From Elusimicrobiota bacterium (GTDB lineage Bacteria; CG03; SLGR01; JBDRKX01), in assembly GCA_043813605.1 (NCBI GenBank), contig JBDRKX010000047.1, forward strand, positions 32,001 to 96,000: a DNA stretch of 64,000 nucleotides. The letters run 5' to 3'. The first letter of the stretch is position 1. Each line of letters starts with the position of its first letter. Below the pieces are notes generated by a model. That model saw only the letters and a program-made list of their open reading frames with translations, was not told the DNA's origin and ran no database searches. Positions 1-15,100 of this stretch are shown here, in pieces. The translations under genes and the position numbers were made by a program.

Positions 1-170
1 CAGCGGGAACAGCGGCAGAAGAATCGGGAACTCCCACGGTATACTGAAAGCAAGCCCTCCCCATATGGGCCCGAACAGATACAGGACTATGCCCGGGACT
101 ATCACATGCCCGAATACGAATACCGCCGTAAAATATATTGCAAACGGCAGGCCTCTTTCCACGGCAAGTT
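1..170 (-). other. Transmembrane helices running off the window edge
   Basis: GLPFAIYFTAVFVFGHVIVPGIVLYLFGPIWGGLAFSIPWEFPILLPLFPL. Confidence 0.7.
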
Positions 171-3100
171 TTTTGAACTTTGCCGGGGTGAGTAGAAATA
201 CTTTCTTTGTGCCGAACGCCTTGTGTATTCTTACAAAAAGTTTCAGAACATCCGAAGATCTCTCTACTTTTACGGGATTTATGCCTCTTACGTCGAGGAC
301 TGAATAATCGGCTCCGTTTTCGTCTCTGTAGGCATTCCCCAGATAAAGGATCCTCTCAGGTTTGACCTTGACTCTTTCAGTCAGGTCTCTGAGAGCTGCG
401 TTCCTGTCATTAACTGTGACATATATCGGTTGGCCGGGATAGGCTGGATTATAGAAAGGAGTATACGTAACACCGGCTTCCTTCAACTTATCCCTTATGA
501 ATACCATGTATTCACTCATCTTTTCATCGCGGTGGGTATTTATGGCTATCCTGTTATTGCTAACCTGCACTCTTGCGGAGATATCAAATGTTTCTCTTGC
601 CTCCCTAAATACGGATACAATCTTGTCCCTGGTAGCCTGCTCAAAATATTCGCTCTTTTTTACCAGCACTCCATCTTCATACCAGTATATATCCGACCCG
701 TTCTTTGCATATATCAGGATATTCTTTCTCAGGGATTTCGGTATATATCTCAGGATAAGGTTCTTGACTCTTATAAAATCGCCGCTTGTTATTATAGCGA
801 TCTTAATATCCTCCCTGAGAAATTTAATGACATTCTTGAATATGATCTTGCCTAATTTTACATTTTTCGCCGGTGGTAATGCAGCATCCATATCCATAGC
901 GATGACCTTGAGCTTGTCAAGATTATACGATTCTGTAAATTCTTCCACATCTACCGGTTTTTCCTCGGGAGTCAGTCCGAGCTCTTCAAGTGCCTCGTCT
1001 ACAGTATCTACTATACGGAAAATATCTCCCGCACCTTCAGAGATCGTAGGTGTTTCATAACCTGACATAGTCTTGATTATTTCATCTATGATCGGAGACC
1101 AGAATTTCCTGCCGATGAGTACGACAGGCCGCGCCGGCATCTTACCTGTCGATATCATATCCACTACATCAAATAACGCTTTCATGGTATCCATCTTCCC
1201 CGGAGTGAACACAAATGCCCTCGAGTTAACCGCAAGGAACACATTATGATTATTAGGACTTGAAGTTATGATCCTGTTCTCTATCTTTCTCTCTTTTTCA
1301 GTCAATTTCTCCTTTTCATTAACAAAAACATCCATTTGCAGCAGATTATAATCTTTTTCTTCCGTTGATTCCACGATAGTATCGAGCAGGACCCCGCGGC
1401 TTCCCACCTGTACCGGTATCTTCCTGGATATCAGTTCGGATTTGAGTGTTCTGAGAGTCTCCAGTTCGATACTGTCTTCTTCAACTATCGGTTCCCCTAC
1501 GAATGCGATGCTCGCCGGAAGCCGAGAAAACTTAAAAAGGCCTTCCTTGAGCTCCATGTTATTCCGGCGCATCCTGTACTGCGTGGTTTTTACCGGTTCA
1601 ATACGTTCAGCTGCGGCGATTATGAATGAAAGAGCATCGTTGTATGTCTCTACGAAAACCGGTTTAAGAATATCGTCTGCATCCACTCCGGCTTCTTTCC
1701 AGCTCTTATTTAAAGCATTTATTATGGGTTTCCAGAACTCGCTGTTAACAAATACCATCGGCCGCTCCCGCTGCCATGTTGCAAACACTTTATCAAATGT
1801 CTCCAGGCCGCCGGGCATTATTATCGTACCAAGTGAATTTTCGTATAACGCCTGTTTTCCGGCAATAAAATGCTTGTAACTGTATACCTCTTCGGCATAA
1901 TCATTCGGGTCCTGATCCCACGGTACGATTATCTTGGCCCCTTGAGTTTTCATGGATACGGCCTGCTTTCTTATTTTATCCTTGAGCCGGCGGCATTCGA
2001 TCGACACGGGATTGTTTTTCACAAGTTCTGCTAACAGGCGCCCTTCCGCGGTCTTTAAAGTATCCAGCACCTCAAGATTTCCTGAATCAATCGCCTTTAC
2101 ATACTCATTCCTTGCTTCTATATAGCCCTTAAGCGTTCCCTCCATTGCCGCTCCGGAACCGGAACCTGTTCTGGGCACAAGACCATATGAAAATATTTCA
2201 GCACCAAGTTCTTCACATTTCCGGTAATCCACAGCTTCTTTCCCGCCGCGAGAGGAACCTATCACTACAACTGCAGGCGGCCACTGTTCGTGAGTTTCAA
2301 GCGTAATGTTTCTTTCACTTTCTATTTCCCGGTGTAATCTGAGCGCTTTTTCCCTGAATAAAGAGAACTCTTCGCCTATCTTTTCTTCTATATGTTCACG
2401 CAGTATCTGTCTCAGCGCATTTTCCGAGCCGAATATTTTCCTAGACAGCCCCTGGTATATCTCCCTATGCTGCTCGTAGTCCTTTATACCGAATCTGGCA
2501 AGATATCCCAGAAAGAACATTATCTCATCAAAATTATCTATAAATTTATCCTCAATGAAAAATTCCTTTGCATACACAATCTGGTGATAATAGGGATATC
2601 CGAAGAGATAATTCTCACTCCCGTTAAATATCGCCTCAAAAGACATGTGTTCTCTTTTATTGAGTATATCAATTACCTTACTGACTTTTTTCTTTTCCTT
2701 TTCAGTGAGCTTATCCGATGCAGCATTGACTTTTCTATCAATTTCAGCCCTGCTGTTCATTACAAGGGACATCTCTTTTTCATTGAGTTCATTCTTCTCC
2801 ATATTGTCTATTTTGTCCGAAGATACCCCTTTTCCGAAAATCGGTACTTTAAACCTGTGTCCCAGCCAAGAATAGAAAGCTATCCATGGTATATTCGTTA
2901 TACTGGAAAAGATAGGCCTGAAATCAATCGGGAACAATACGAAATTAGCAGTATGTACGATACCTACACGGTATATAAGATAAAATATATAAGTAAGGCT
3001 GAACTTGGCTTTGTATTTGTACAGCGCTTCCTTTATGCCTTTTTTCGAGAAAGTATTCCTTATGTTTCCTTTTGAGAAAGTTGATATCCAGGTATAAGTG

Positions 3101-6100
3101 AAGAAATATATCACCGGCTGCCATAACAGGGCCATTATTGCCAGTTTTATCAGTATGAATTTACCTCCTTCAGGGATGAACGCATCCAATCCGAAAAAGA
3201 CAAGAGGCTGGAAAATGCCGTGTACGAGCATCTCGAGTCCGCTGATATAACCCAGTCTTTTGCCTTTTACCGGCTCTTTCATTATCTTCTGTGCTAAAAC
3301 ATCTCCGGCAATACCCAGCACACCGGCGCTTATAACTTTTGTAACAACCGGGTTGGTCTCTAACTGCGTAACATAAGCTTTTCCAACCCAGACCAGAGTA
3401 GGAACAGCCGGCGGGTACAGGTACACGAACAAGCCAATAGCTGCAAAACTGAATGTTGACGCAATAAGGAGCCGGTATTTCTTGAGAAACCCGGTTTTTT
3501 TCTGTTGTTCGAACGGTTCAGTCTGGATCTTTTCGTCATCAGCGATCCTGACCTTTAGCGAATCCTCTATTATGTATTCTATATATTTAAATATGGCCTG
3601 TTGCGGATGGTCTTCGGCAAGTGTTTTATGAAAATCGGCTTCGTTTTTCTCCGGATTATCTTTAAGGTACTGGTATTCATCGAGTTCATGTTTTACGAGT
3701 AGTTCCAGGAACTCCACCAGTGAAAGGTCTTTCGGCGGACCGCGGTTCATTATAGACTCAAGTATAGACTCATGGATTATCAGTACCGGTTCGCCTTCTT
3801 CATATTCCAGGGTCATCAGCCCGTACATATGTCTTTCCGGCATCACCAGCATGGGATCCTGGCTGCTCACCTTTACCCTGATAGAAGCAGCGTTTCTGAG
3901 TTCATCCACTATATCGAGCAGATCTTCTTCCCAGAGTTCCTGCCATGTAAGTATTTCTTTTTCCCTGACACCCTTAAGTAACTCTGCAAGGGCATTGGAA
4001 GTCTCATCGGTTATACGCGATATAAGACCGGCATTGAGTTCAGCTTTTGATAACAACCCTACCGCATTCGATATGAGCATGGCTACATTTTCACCTAAAG
4101 CCGCCGCCGGTACAGCCGTACCAGGTTCTTCTACCCCTTCTTCTTCAAAGAAACCATCCTCTATGGCAGATATATGTCTGATTATTTCGTTCTTGTATTC
4201 AAAAAGTACCTGCTGCTTCTTCAGTTCTTCATCAGCGTTTTCAGAATAAATTAATTTATGGAAATTTTCGCTTGTTCTTGCTTTTTCTGTATCCAGATCC
4301 ATATTTTTTAAGTAATCAGTGAACCTGCTGTAGATATCAGAACCTTTGTTATTTATCGCGGAATATTCGTCTGTTTCATGCTGTATCAGAAGTTCGATAA
4401 AAGAATCCGCTGTATACCCTTCCGGTGGGCCCCTTTTCTCAAGCGTTTCAAGTATTATCTGATGGATCACTATTATTATCCTGCCGGATTCAGCATCATA
4501 TTCTGCTGCGGCAAGTCCGTATACATCTTCAGCCTGTATAAGCAGGCCAAGATCCTGCCCGCTCACTCCGAACTTTTTACCGCTCTCAGTCTCTCCCACA
4601 CCAAGTATGGCTTCTTCTTCTACGCCTTTCAGAAGCTGTGAAAGAACACCGGAGGAAGCTTTAGCAAGAATAGCTATCAGTTTTGAATTCGGCTCATTGG
4701 CTTTCAGCCATTTTAGTGCTTTTGATATAAGAAGAGGTACTCTCTCACCGAATGCAGTAACCGGAGCCGCAGGTGACTTGAGATACTCCAGCATATCATT
4801 ATTGGCTGACCATATATGCAGTTTTATTAAGGGCGTATCCTTATGCTTTCTACTGCTTTTTACAACAACGCCGTTTTCTATCACTTCATAATTAAACCCT
4901 GATCCTTTCAGCTCACTGACATATTCATCCAGTTCAGGATCATCCATTGCAGCAGGTCTTTGATAAATGTATATAGAATCCATCGGTAGGTGTATTTCTA
5001 CTCCGTTAACGTTCTTTCCTTCAATAGCCGCCCATCCCAACTGGCTCAACAGGTTCTTATATGCCAGGAAATGGCAATACCCCAGCCCGCCGCCTGCCAG
5101 TATTAACCTTCTGCCTTTAAGACCATCTATATAATAAGTACTCGGCGATTTCCGCTGGTCTACTATCCTGGTATCCTTAAAACTCCTGAAATTAGCCTGT
5201 TCCGGTGATGCAGGATACTCGTACCTGTTATCTATTGTTTTATTTCTTGCAACTTCATAAAGCCCGTCTGCGATAGCCACGGCCGGCACCATATAATCTC
5301 TGCCCACATGGACAGATATCAGTGTCGTTTCATCAGCCGGCTCGTAACCTGAAGCATACTGTGCATCGATAAACCTTTCGATCTCACCGCTGATCGCCGA
5401 TTCATCATCCATCACTGAAAGTCCAGTAAGAAATTCAAAGTATCTCCCGGATGAAGTTGCCGATGCTGATCCTTTAAAATATTCATCTATCTGTTGTCTG
5501 AATTCAGGATCATCCAGCACTATCTCATCATAAGTCGCAAGATCGTTTTTAATGACTTCTGCTTCACTTGTACCGGGTACGCTGTCAAGCGCAGAAAGTA
5601 TCCTCTCAGCCAGCAGCCATTCAATCACTTTTTTGTTACTTCCGTAGGTACTGTGACTTTCAAGTATGCTATGTATAAAATGAGCGCTGAACACTATATT
5701 CTTTCCGTGCCTCACAACATTTACAGGCAGATCGTATGAAACGGTTATATCTACCGGCTCTTTGTTGTTCCTATTGATAGATTCCAGTCTGGCTTTTAAT
5801 CCGCTGTTCATCTCAGCCAGCGCTTCTATCATACTATAGGACCTGTTAAGGAGACCGGCCCATTTACTCGGTCTGTCTCTTAAAAACTTAATATCACTGC
5901 CGGAATCAAATACTATGTTGTTCATCCCGTCAGCTATACCGTAAAAATCGCTCTCTTTTTCTATCCTGAGCCTGTCAACAGGTTCTATATTCCCGGTAAG
6001 TATCTCAATACCCGGTTTTTGCGTAAACATTGCCCTGACTTTTTCGGATACAGGCAGAAGCTTTTCAAACAGGCTTGATACTCCGGCAGCCAGTCTATTC

Positions 6101-9100
6101 CGCGTCTTCAACTCGTAACTGAACTTGAAAGATGAATCTATTTCTTTTATCTTTTCAATAACTTGCGATACGACATCAGGATTAAGCCATGCATAAGCGC
6201 TGTTTTCCCTGATAAATTCTTCCAGTTCCCCAAGTACATCTTTTCTGTCTCTTCTCTTTTCGTAGACTTCAGGATAAAATCCGCTGAACCATGCCCACAG
6301 AGCGATTCCTCTCAATCCTTGTTCTATCAAAACATGTATATTAGCCTGTGATTCTGCAAGGTCCTCGGCATCTCTATTCAGCCAGTTATACGGATACGCT
6401 TTTCTTATTATTTGGGTTCCTGTCGGTTCTTTCATATGGCCGGATTCATGGATAAGGCGGCCTTCGATCAGCTCTTCGGCAAGATACCAGCTGATATCAT
6501 TAATAAGGTTTATCCTCTTTAAGAATCCTTCGCCTACAGTCACTTCTGCGACAGGATCGTAAGGACGGTAGTAGTCAATCTTAAAACTATAATAGTTCTC
6601 GTCTTCCGGCTCCTGTTCAAGTTCGAACCTGTGTATATTGAATTTATGTTTACCCTTAAGCCTTATTGACAGGAACATATTGTTGAGATCGAACATGTCA
6701 TCTTTCTCAAGTTTAAAAAGCCTGCCGAACGGAGCTGTTTTATTGAATATCCCTACCACCTTTGATGCCAGTGTCATCTTTTTCAATTCGAGACTTTCCA
6801 CTTCTTCGAACTCTCCAACCTTACGCAGTATTATCTCTTCCGCTTCCTTCGCCTGACTGAAGATCCTGTTTATTTCTTCTACACTTTCTGTGTGGTCAAA
6901 AGGCAGCAGGCCGCCTTTTGCATAAGAAACGGCGAGTTTGCGGTGTTCTTCCCTGTACGGATTATCGGTTATCTCGGAAAGTAAGAAAACGATATGCATT
7001 ATCCGGGCAGTTGTTTTCTCCCGATCATACTTTGATAACAGGAAGCTGGTACCTTCTATTATCTCCCTCACAACTGCTATCATGTACGCGTCTGTCGGTC
7101 GTAACAATGTATTATTAATGCCTTCAATGACAACGGCGTTCTTCCATAGAGTCGGGACAAACGGGTCTTTCTCGATTATAAAACGTACATGGGCATTTGA
7201 AGGTTTCGCAGTACCTTTATATCCTGCAGGGAACCGTATCGGTATAATTGTATCTTCATCGACCTTCCAGTCGTCAACAACAAGCGCTATATCCAGGTCA
7301 TCACATTCTTTCCCGTGCAGGAATGAACCGTATACGACTATCTTCTTGATCCCCTTGGAAGCGTGTTCTTTCTTCAGAAACTCTATCAAAGTCCCGGCAA
7401 CCGCCCCATCCTCGGACACTATTTTTATATCATTTACAGCCTGTATCCTGTTTTTAATATCTTTTTTTAGGTTATCGCTCAGGTATGGGTAGACAAAATT
7501 ATTATCTTTCCCAAAATCTTCTATACCAAACTCCATTTGCCCTGCCCGGGCGGAAAGCATGTCCTTCCTGTATATGCCGCCGAGACAACCTATCATGCCA
7601 CCGAGCGGGGCAAGAGAAGTAACCTCCTTTTCAAGCTTAAGGAGCGAATCTTCTTTTACTCCGGCATCAATCAGCATCTTCTCTGTTTCAGGTGCTCTGT
7701 TCAGCAGTATACTATCCTGGCTGACAAGTATAAAATTCGCCGGATTCAAATGAGCCTCTTCCCTTGGTACAATAACAATCCGCGCTTCATATTTTTCTTC
7801 AAGGTCTTTAAGCAATCGAGTTGAACCATCTCTCATCATCATCTCTCTATAATACCGCGGATCTATCATTACAACAGGTACCCCATCCCGGGTAGCATGC
7901 GGCGGAATGATATTAAAAACACAATCAGTATGAGAAGTTCCCCTTAAGACTATGTCACCGCCTGGCAGTTTAACTGTTATGAATCCCCGGGGTATTGTTT
8001 CTATGTCAATACCCGGGAGCATCTCCTTCAGAGGCACGAGTGATGTTGTCTTTGCATCCGAAACGACAAGCAACGGTTTCCTTCCCGGCATTGCTGCTGT
8101 TTCACCGGTAACAGGAAAACTTCCCGAAGGTAGTGAAACCGGTATAAGTTCTCTTAATCCGGGGATAAGCAGACTTCCGTCTTTTGCCCAGTGTACCAGC
8201 TGCATGGCTTCCTCTCTATCTACCGCATCATCAATCATAACGCCGGTTTCTGACCTGCTGAACTCTATTCCGGCAGCTTCCAGAGCATCAAGCACGACAC
8301 GGACATCGGGATGCTCCGTTCCGGGCTCTATCTCTGTGCCGACCCTTTCTATAAGTTGTCTTGATCTTATTCCCGTCAGGTAGTTCTTTTTAATATCAGG
8401 GTTCTTCCAGTAATCTGTCTCTGCTTTTTCCTTAATTGACTGTTCGCCGCTTATGGGCAATTCCCTGACGATCTTTTTATACGCTTTTTCATAAGATTCC
8501 AGGTCTACCACATATTCCTGCCAACCCATTACCAGCGTCTTTTCCGCAGCGCGGCCTTTTATACGGTTGATGCAGCCCTCAAGAAAATAGACAAGGAACG
8601 TACTTTTTGAATCACCGAAACCCTCACTTTCTACCGCCTGGCGGAATACCTCTGAATCGCCTGTTCTTAAAGATATCCTGCCTGTTATAGCGTTTATCTT
8701 ATCTATATCTTCCGGTACCGCTATCTGGCTCAATGAAAGAAGTGATTCCCTGGTAACAGATGTTAATTCCGGCTGAAGCGCATCGAGCAGGAATTCTACG
8801 GCTTTCCGCTCGTTCGGATAGAATGCCAGCGCCCGCGCTGCAAGAGCTTTGTGACGGTTTTGGTATTCCTTACCGGTCAAAATCTTTCCAAGGAATTCCA
8901 GAGACATATCAGTATTGCTCTGTCCCAATGCTTCAATGACCGATTCTGATACTGCCATAAACAATGTTTCATCTTTTACCCTTTCAAACGTTCTTATTAA
9001 CGCGGAATCCGCACGGCTGCTCTTCAGTCTTGCCAGCGCCGCCGCGGCCGCCCCTACTACCTGTAACTGAGTATCATCCAACAGGTCGATCAATGCGTTT

Positions 9101-12100
9101 TCCGCCTCTTTTATCTTTTCCCTGCCGATTTTTTCTGCGGCATCGCGTCTCTTCACCCAGTTATCAGATCCGATTTCTCTATACTTAGAAAGATCATCAC
9201 GGCCCTTTACTTTTGTAGGCAGTATACCGACTGCTTTCATCATATTACCCGAATCATAGTTCTCCATATTAGCTGCCGGCGAGCCGTACGGAGCTCTTGA
9301 CGTTATTATTATTTTTATACCGGCATCTACAGCTTTACCGACAACATTGAGAAGGCTGTTACTTTCCATTAGAGCATCTTTGATCACCCTGTCTGCTTCT
9401 TCAGCAGATACGATCTCAGATAATTTACCCTTTATGGACCATAAGTTGTCTTTATGACTGACAGGTTCACTCAAACGTCCTGCCAGGTCCTTGCGATATT
9501 CTGCCAGATAGTTCCTGACCCTTTCCCAGAGTTCTTTTTTGCCTATCGATATCGAACCTTCGCCGTAACCCTCAATTACAAGTACAGGATCCTTTATTTT
9601 TCTGTCTTTAAGACGGGCTATAGCGTCTTCAAAGATATCTGTTCTCATATCAGGTACAGCGATCACGACTTCCCTGTCCGCATAAAAATCATTCTGCGGC
9701 ACAGCCAGTCTTGGGAAATCCTTATCTTCAATAATCTCTCCTACAAGGTCTTCTTTCATATATTCAGTGATTTTTGATATTCCGAGCCCCTGTCCGAGAA
9801 GCCAGCTTAATTTGGTCCTTGCATCGCGCGTGGTCAGCCCTTCAGGTATAAGCTCAATACCCGACTCTTTAAAATATCCGGAAACATTTTCCGCCCATAC
9901 AGGTATACCGCCGGCTGTCAGGCTTTTTAATACTCTGAAAGTCTCCCTGTTTTCCGGTATGAATCCGTCGATGACTAATCCGGAAGGTTTTTCTTTCTGC
10001 ACATTTAAGAGATGTTTCTTTACATCCTGTAATACCCGTAAAGGGGTATGCGCGTTAACAAGGATCCTATTAACATAACCGAATATATCGGGAGCACCCA
10101 ATTCAGGGGCAGTTTCCCGCTCAATAGATTTTGCCCATTCAAGAAAATCTTCTTTGAATACGATTTTGCCGGTTTCTGTAAAACGCCCGACAGCGCCGCC
10201 ATAACTTCCGAAATAAGAGTTCACACCTTCATCCCAGCGAATAGATGCGCCAAACTTATGCACACGGCTTCCCAGGTGTATCTCGTCACCTATCACGACA
10301 TAGACCAGTTTAGGCGCATCGGGGTCAAGGCTTAGCTGTATCGCTCTACTGAAATTATTTTCCGCATCCGAACCCGACTGGTCAGCAGGAAGGTAGGAAC
10401 CGGTAATTACCAGCGGGAATTCCAGTCTATTTCCGTATATCAGTGACAGCAGATAGGAAGTAACACCCAGCGTATCGGTACCATGTGCAAGTACGATCCC
10501 GCCCTTATCTCCTGCTCCTTTTTTGCGTTCTATTTCACTGTCAATCGCATATATTATCCTGTTCCAGTCATCACTTTCAAAATTGCTGGAATCAAGCGAC
10601 AATCCTTCTATCCTCCCGGTATAGCCTATGTCTTTCCGGAATTTTTTACTGAGTCTTTCTACACCGTCACTCGATTTTCTGCCTACCGCGCCTGCCATGT
10701 CTATCGTTCCACCGGCATTGAGCACACTCGCTGTCCTGGTCTCTTCCTTTCTCAGCTTACCTTCGCTATAGGTTAGACTGACCGCGCCGTTGCTTATATC
10801 GACAGTATAACCCGCTTTTTTTAGATAGTCTGTTACAAACTGCACAACATTTTCTGATCCGGATTCTTTTGCAAGTGTTAATGCATCAATTATGTCAGCT
10901 TTTACCGCATTGCCTTCAGTTTTATCCCTGAATGCAGGGAACTCATATGTTTCATCTATAATTGTTATGTCTTTTGCATTTTCCGGGATAAACATCAGGA
11001 GCTCTCTTTCAACAAGCAGGCCTTCCTCTTTCTGATAGACGATGTAACCTGCCTGGCTGTCCCCTTCGAATGAATTGCTCTGGCCTTCTATCAGCAATCC
11101 GCCCTCTTTAAGGGATTCAGCCATTCTATCCAGGACTTCTACATGTTTCCCTTCCCGTTCATAATGCATCAGGACATTCATGCTTCTTATAACATCCAGT
11201 TCTTCAAGCGGCATGGAAAAATCTGAACGCATAAACCTCAGGTTCAAGTAATTCGAAGCGAATTTCCCGTAAGGATCGAACTGTATTACATTACCGTCTA
11301 TTACTTTGCTTTCGCCATTTGCTTCTTCAAGTAATTCCCTGAACTTCTTTTTTAAATCAGGCGGCACATCACTGTCTTTGGTAAAAGTTCTATCAGGCAT
11401 ATCCATAAACAAGACTTTTCCGGTCTTATCGAGACCCGCGACCCGCGCTTCCTGTGTTATGATCATCACATCCGGAATAGTCCTGTCTACTCCGACTATT
11501 TCTACATCAGGATAGACTTTGTTTACAGCATATGACATATCACCGGTCGTATACGGCAACGGCCCGCCTATACCGAAATCCGCTACTGTCTTCTTGATAC
11601 CGCCGAGAGTCATGTAATCATTATCCAACAGCCACGGATAGAGTTCTCTTCCTCTTCCGGTATATGTAAAGAGCGGCATAACCCTTTCAACCACGATACC
11701 TTCATCGGGATACGCAGAGGTTTCATCTCTGAAAAGTTTATCCAGGTATATATGAGCAGTTCCTTTAAAAGATTTTTCTGCCGAATAGATAAGCAGTTCG
11801 AACCTTATCCTTACATCAGAAAGATCTGAACGGGGCAGTAATTCTTCAAGTTTCCTGCGGATGTTATCTTTAGCCGCATCCGCATCCCTGTAATCAAAAA
11901 CCTTTACAAGTCTTGAAGCGATATCCTCCGGAGTTCCGGTAAAAAGCGTATCTGCATCAGGCACTCTTGTCATATCTATGCCAATCGCTTCCCCGGCTTC
12001 TATTGCTCTTGCTATTCCTCTGTTTGATATGGAAACAAAGCGTTCCACTTTATTCCTTAGTGCCGATGACAACAGATATCTTTTCAAAGACGCAGCCAGT

Positions 12101-15100
12101 TTCCCGGTTTTTACAAGGTGAGATTTGTCGACATATACAGTATTGTCTTTTATATGTACTAACCTGTTTCTGCCGCCGAACAGGGTATCATATTGAGATG
12201 TTTCCGGTCCGACCAGCTGCAGGTTAAAACCTACCGGCATATCTCTGTAAAATCTGTCAACAGCATCATAATCTATTTCGTCATCAGGTATTTTCTCTTT
12301 CCTCCTACCCCTCAAAAGACCCATCAAATTGACCATTACCAGCGCGAGATAACCGAAAAGCGTCCCGTGCATACCGACAAAAAGTGTACCGGCAAACACA
12401 GGGCTCACCGAATCCATTTTTGACAATACAAAAGGAATCGGTTTCTTGACCAAAGGTTCTTTGCCTTTTGAAAACTGTTTCCTGTATTTTTTCGTCCAGT
12501 AGACTTCAAGATCCAGATCAGTCAGGTTCATTATAGAATGTTCGTAGGAGAGCTGCCTGGTCTTCTTAACCAGATCAAATACCGATTTAGTATCCCATTT
12601 GCCGTCACTTGTCTCGGTATCCCCCGGTACCACTATATAACCCACATCTATTCTTTCCCCTTTTATTTTTTCTCCCCGGTCAGAAGCAGTAGCCGGCACG
12701 ATTATGGTCCTGCCATCAGGCGTTATGTTTATCACTTTTTTCCCTACTGTTATTGTTCCGGGTATTTTAACTAGTACCATGGAACCTTTTTCTACATAAC
12801 TCGGTACCGCGATATCTCCGCCCGGATTAACCTCCCATTTCTGTGTACCGTCCGGATATACCCTGAGAATAATGAGAGGATTAAAGTTCTCGCTGACGGC
12901 TGTGAGCGGCGGTTTCGGATTCTTCTTATTACTCATCCTCACGTAATTGCTGTGCGTCGTGTTTATCAGGCCCCATTTATATGTCTGAAGAGCGATATAA
13001 GGATTATACACCGTTGTCTTGACAACAGCTTCTTCCATACCGAACAAAGACGCAATCACACCGAGACTTTCTTCCAGTGTCTTATTGTTGGCATACCACG
13101 CGTCCAGTACAGGTTTCTGCGGTTCTATTCCGGCAGCTATCAGCCTGACGGCCATTTTTTCCCTTATAAGATCTTCGAACGATCCTTTATTGAAAACTAT
13201 CTCCTGATAGACTCCGATATCTATATCCTGCCCGAGCACTGCAAGATATTTTTCTTTCCCCTCTACTGCGAATTTATTCAAAACAGCGACCATCTCGTTG
13301 GCACCAGTCAAATCGCTGTCAAACCAGTTATCGATCGCATCTTGTTTAATATTTTCAAGAGCATACCTGTCTGCCGCAGCCTCATCTTCAACCATCAATG
13401 TAGCGAGCGCCATTGCTATAGCATCCTTGGCTCCTTCTACCCTTACCATCGCATCCATCTGGGCAGCCATTCTAAAGACTCCGTCATCTGAGATTACGGG
13501 TTTCTTGATCTCAGACACTATTTTCACTTTCGCAACCGGAGGTATAAATGCCGTTTCGTCAATAGTCCCCCTGTTAAGCATATACATTCCCAGGAATGCA
13601 CTAAGAAAAACAACGGCCGCGATAAACAATAGGGCTGCTCTTGCAATAAATCTGTGTATTATTCCGGTCTGTTTCTGAATGGGACTCTTTAGAGGTTTCT
13701 TCAAATCAGCTATGCTAAACTTATAAAGCTTTTCTGCCTCATTAAGAAGTATTATGGTTTTTTCAGCATAATCTTTTGCAAACCTGTGTACGCTCAAGGC
13801 AAGTTCTTCCGTCCATCCTATCTTGTTTTTTTGTGCATATTTCTTAGCGGCAAGTTCAACAGCTTCTTCGGTGATCAATTCTGCAAGTTCAATTACAGAC
13901 ATTTCTTCGAACTGAGTCTTACTGATATAGAAACTGTTGAACCTGACGCCGGCATGGGCAATAAATCCGGGCGGCGCTCGTTCGTCTGTTTCTAACAGGA
14001 TATGATTCGCATGTGAAGCTGTTGACCAAGGGTGTATCTTCCCGATTTGAGCTACCGGGATAACTCCCCCTTTCTTCATTAGAGCTATGGCATCTCTGAG
14101 TTTTGATTGATATGACCTGTTTTCTGTTATCGGCCACGGCTGCCGTCTTCCCAGTATCAGTTCCCCCTGTGATTTCTTTTCCGTATCACTCAGTTCTTCT
14201 ATTATATCACTGATATACCTGTTTTCTGCCGCGTGCTCTGCCGGCGAGAGCCGGCCCGTCCTTGATATACCGGCATCAGCCGCAACCAATTCTTTTGCTG
14301 CTGCCTCTACAGATGTAGTGATCGGCCGGGATTGCAGTATCCAGATCATGTCTCCCTTAATAGCAAACTCTATATCCTGGGGGTCTCCGAAAAACTCTTC
14401 AAGTTCTTTTGCTATAAATGTCAGCGCCTTTGTCTGTTTATGCGTGAGAACCCTTGAATAGCGGTCCTTCAATCCGACATATTCTGTCACTGTCCCGGGA
14501 CCGGCCGCCTTATTTACGATCTTTATGCGTTTTGATCCTATAAAAGGTTCTTCTATCTCTTCAAAATTAAGTTTTCCTGTTATATACTGGTCTCCCTGTA
14601 CCGCACCCGAGACTATCGCTTCACCCAATCCGTAACTGGCGTTTATTACAACCCGGTTGGCATTATTGTTTATCGGATCCCGTGTAAACATAACACCCGA
14701 TATATCCGGCTCCACCATTTCCTGAACCGTTACTGACTGCCGGACTTCAAGCGGATCGATCTTGTTCTCCTGCCTATATATGATCGCCCTCTCATTCCAT
14801 ACTGAAGCTTCCACATCGAGCAATCTTTCAAGAAGTGTCTTCTTATCCACAAAAAGATGCGTGTCTCCCATTCCTGCATAAGCAGCGCCTTTTGTGTCTT
14901 CCTGTACAGCAGAAGAGCGTATGGCAAACCAGAGCGCATCCGTGTCCCTGCTGTATTTTATGAACGTATCCATGATGATCTTTCCGAGCCCCTGTTCACG
15001 GCTTAACCTGTTATCGCTGATCAAAGCCTGTATCATCCTGGCTTTGTTTTTCGGGGATATTCTGGAAACAGCTATTTTGTTTATTTCTTCCCGTATACCT

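Noticed and set aside
4960..5130. Possible isochorismatase/cysteine hydrolase (LILAGGGLGYCH)
   Set aside because: A single partial motif; the other catalytic residues could not be located.
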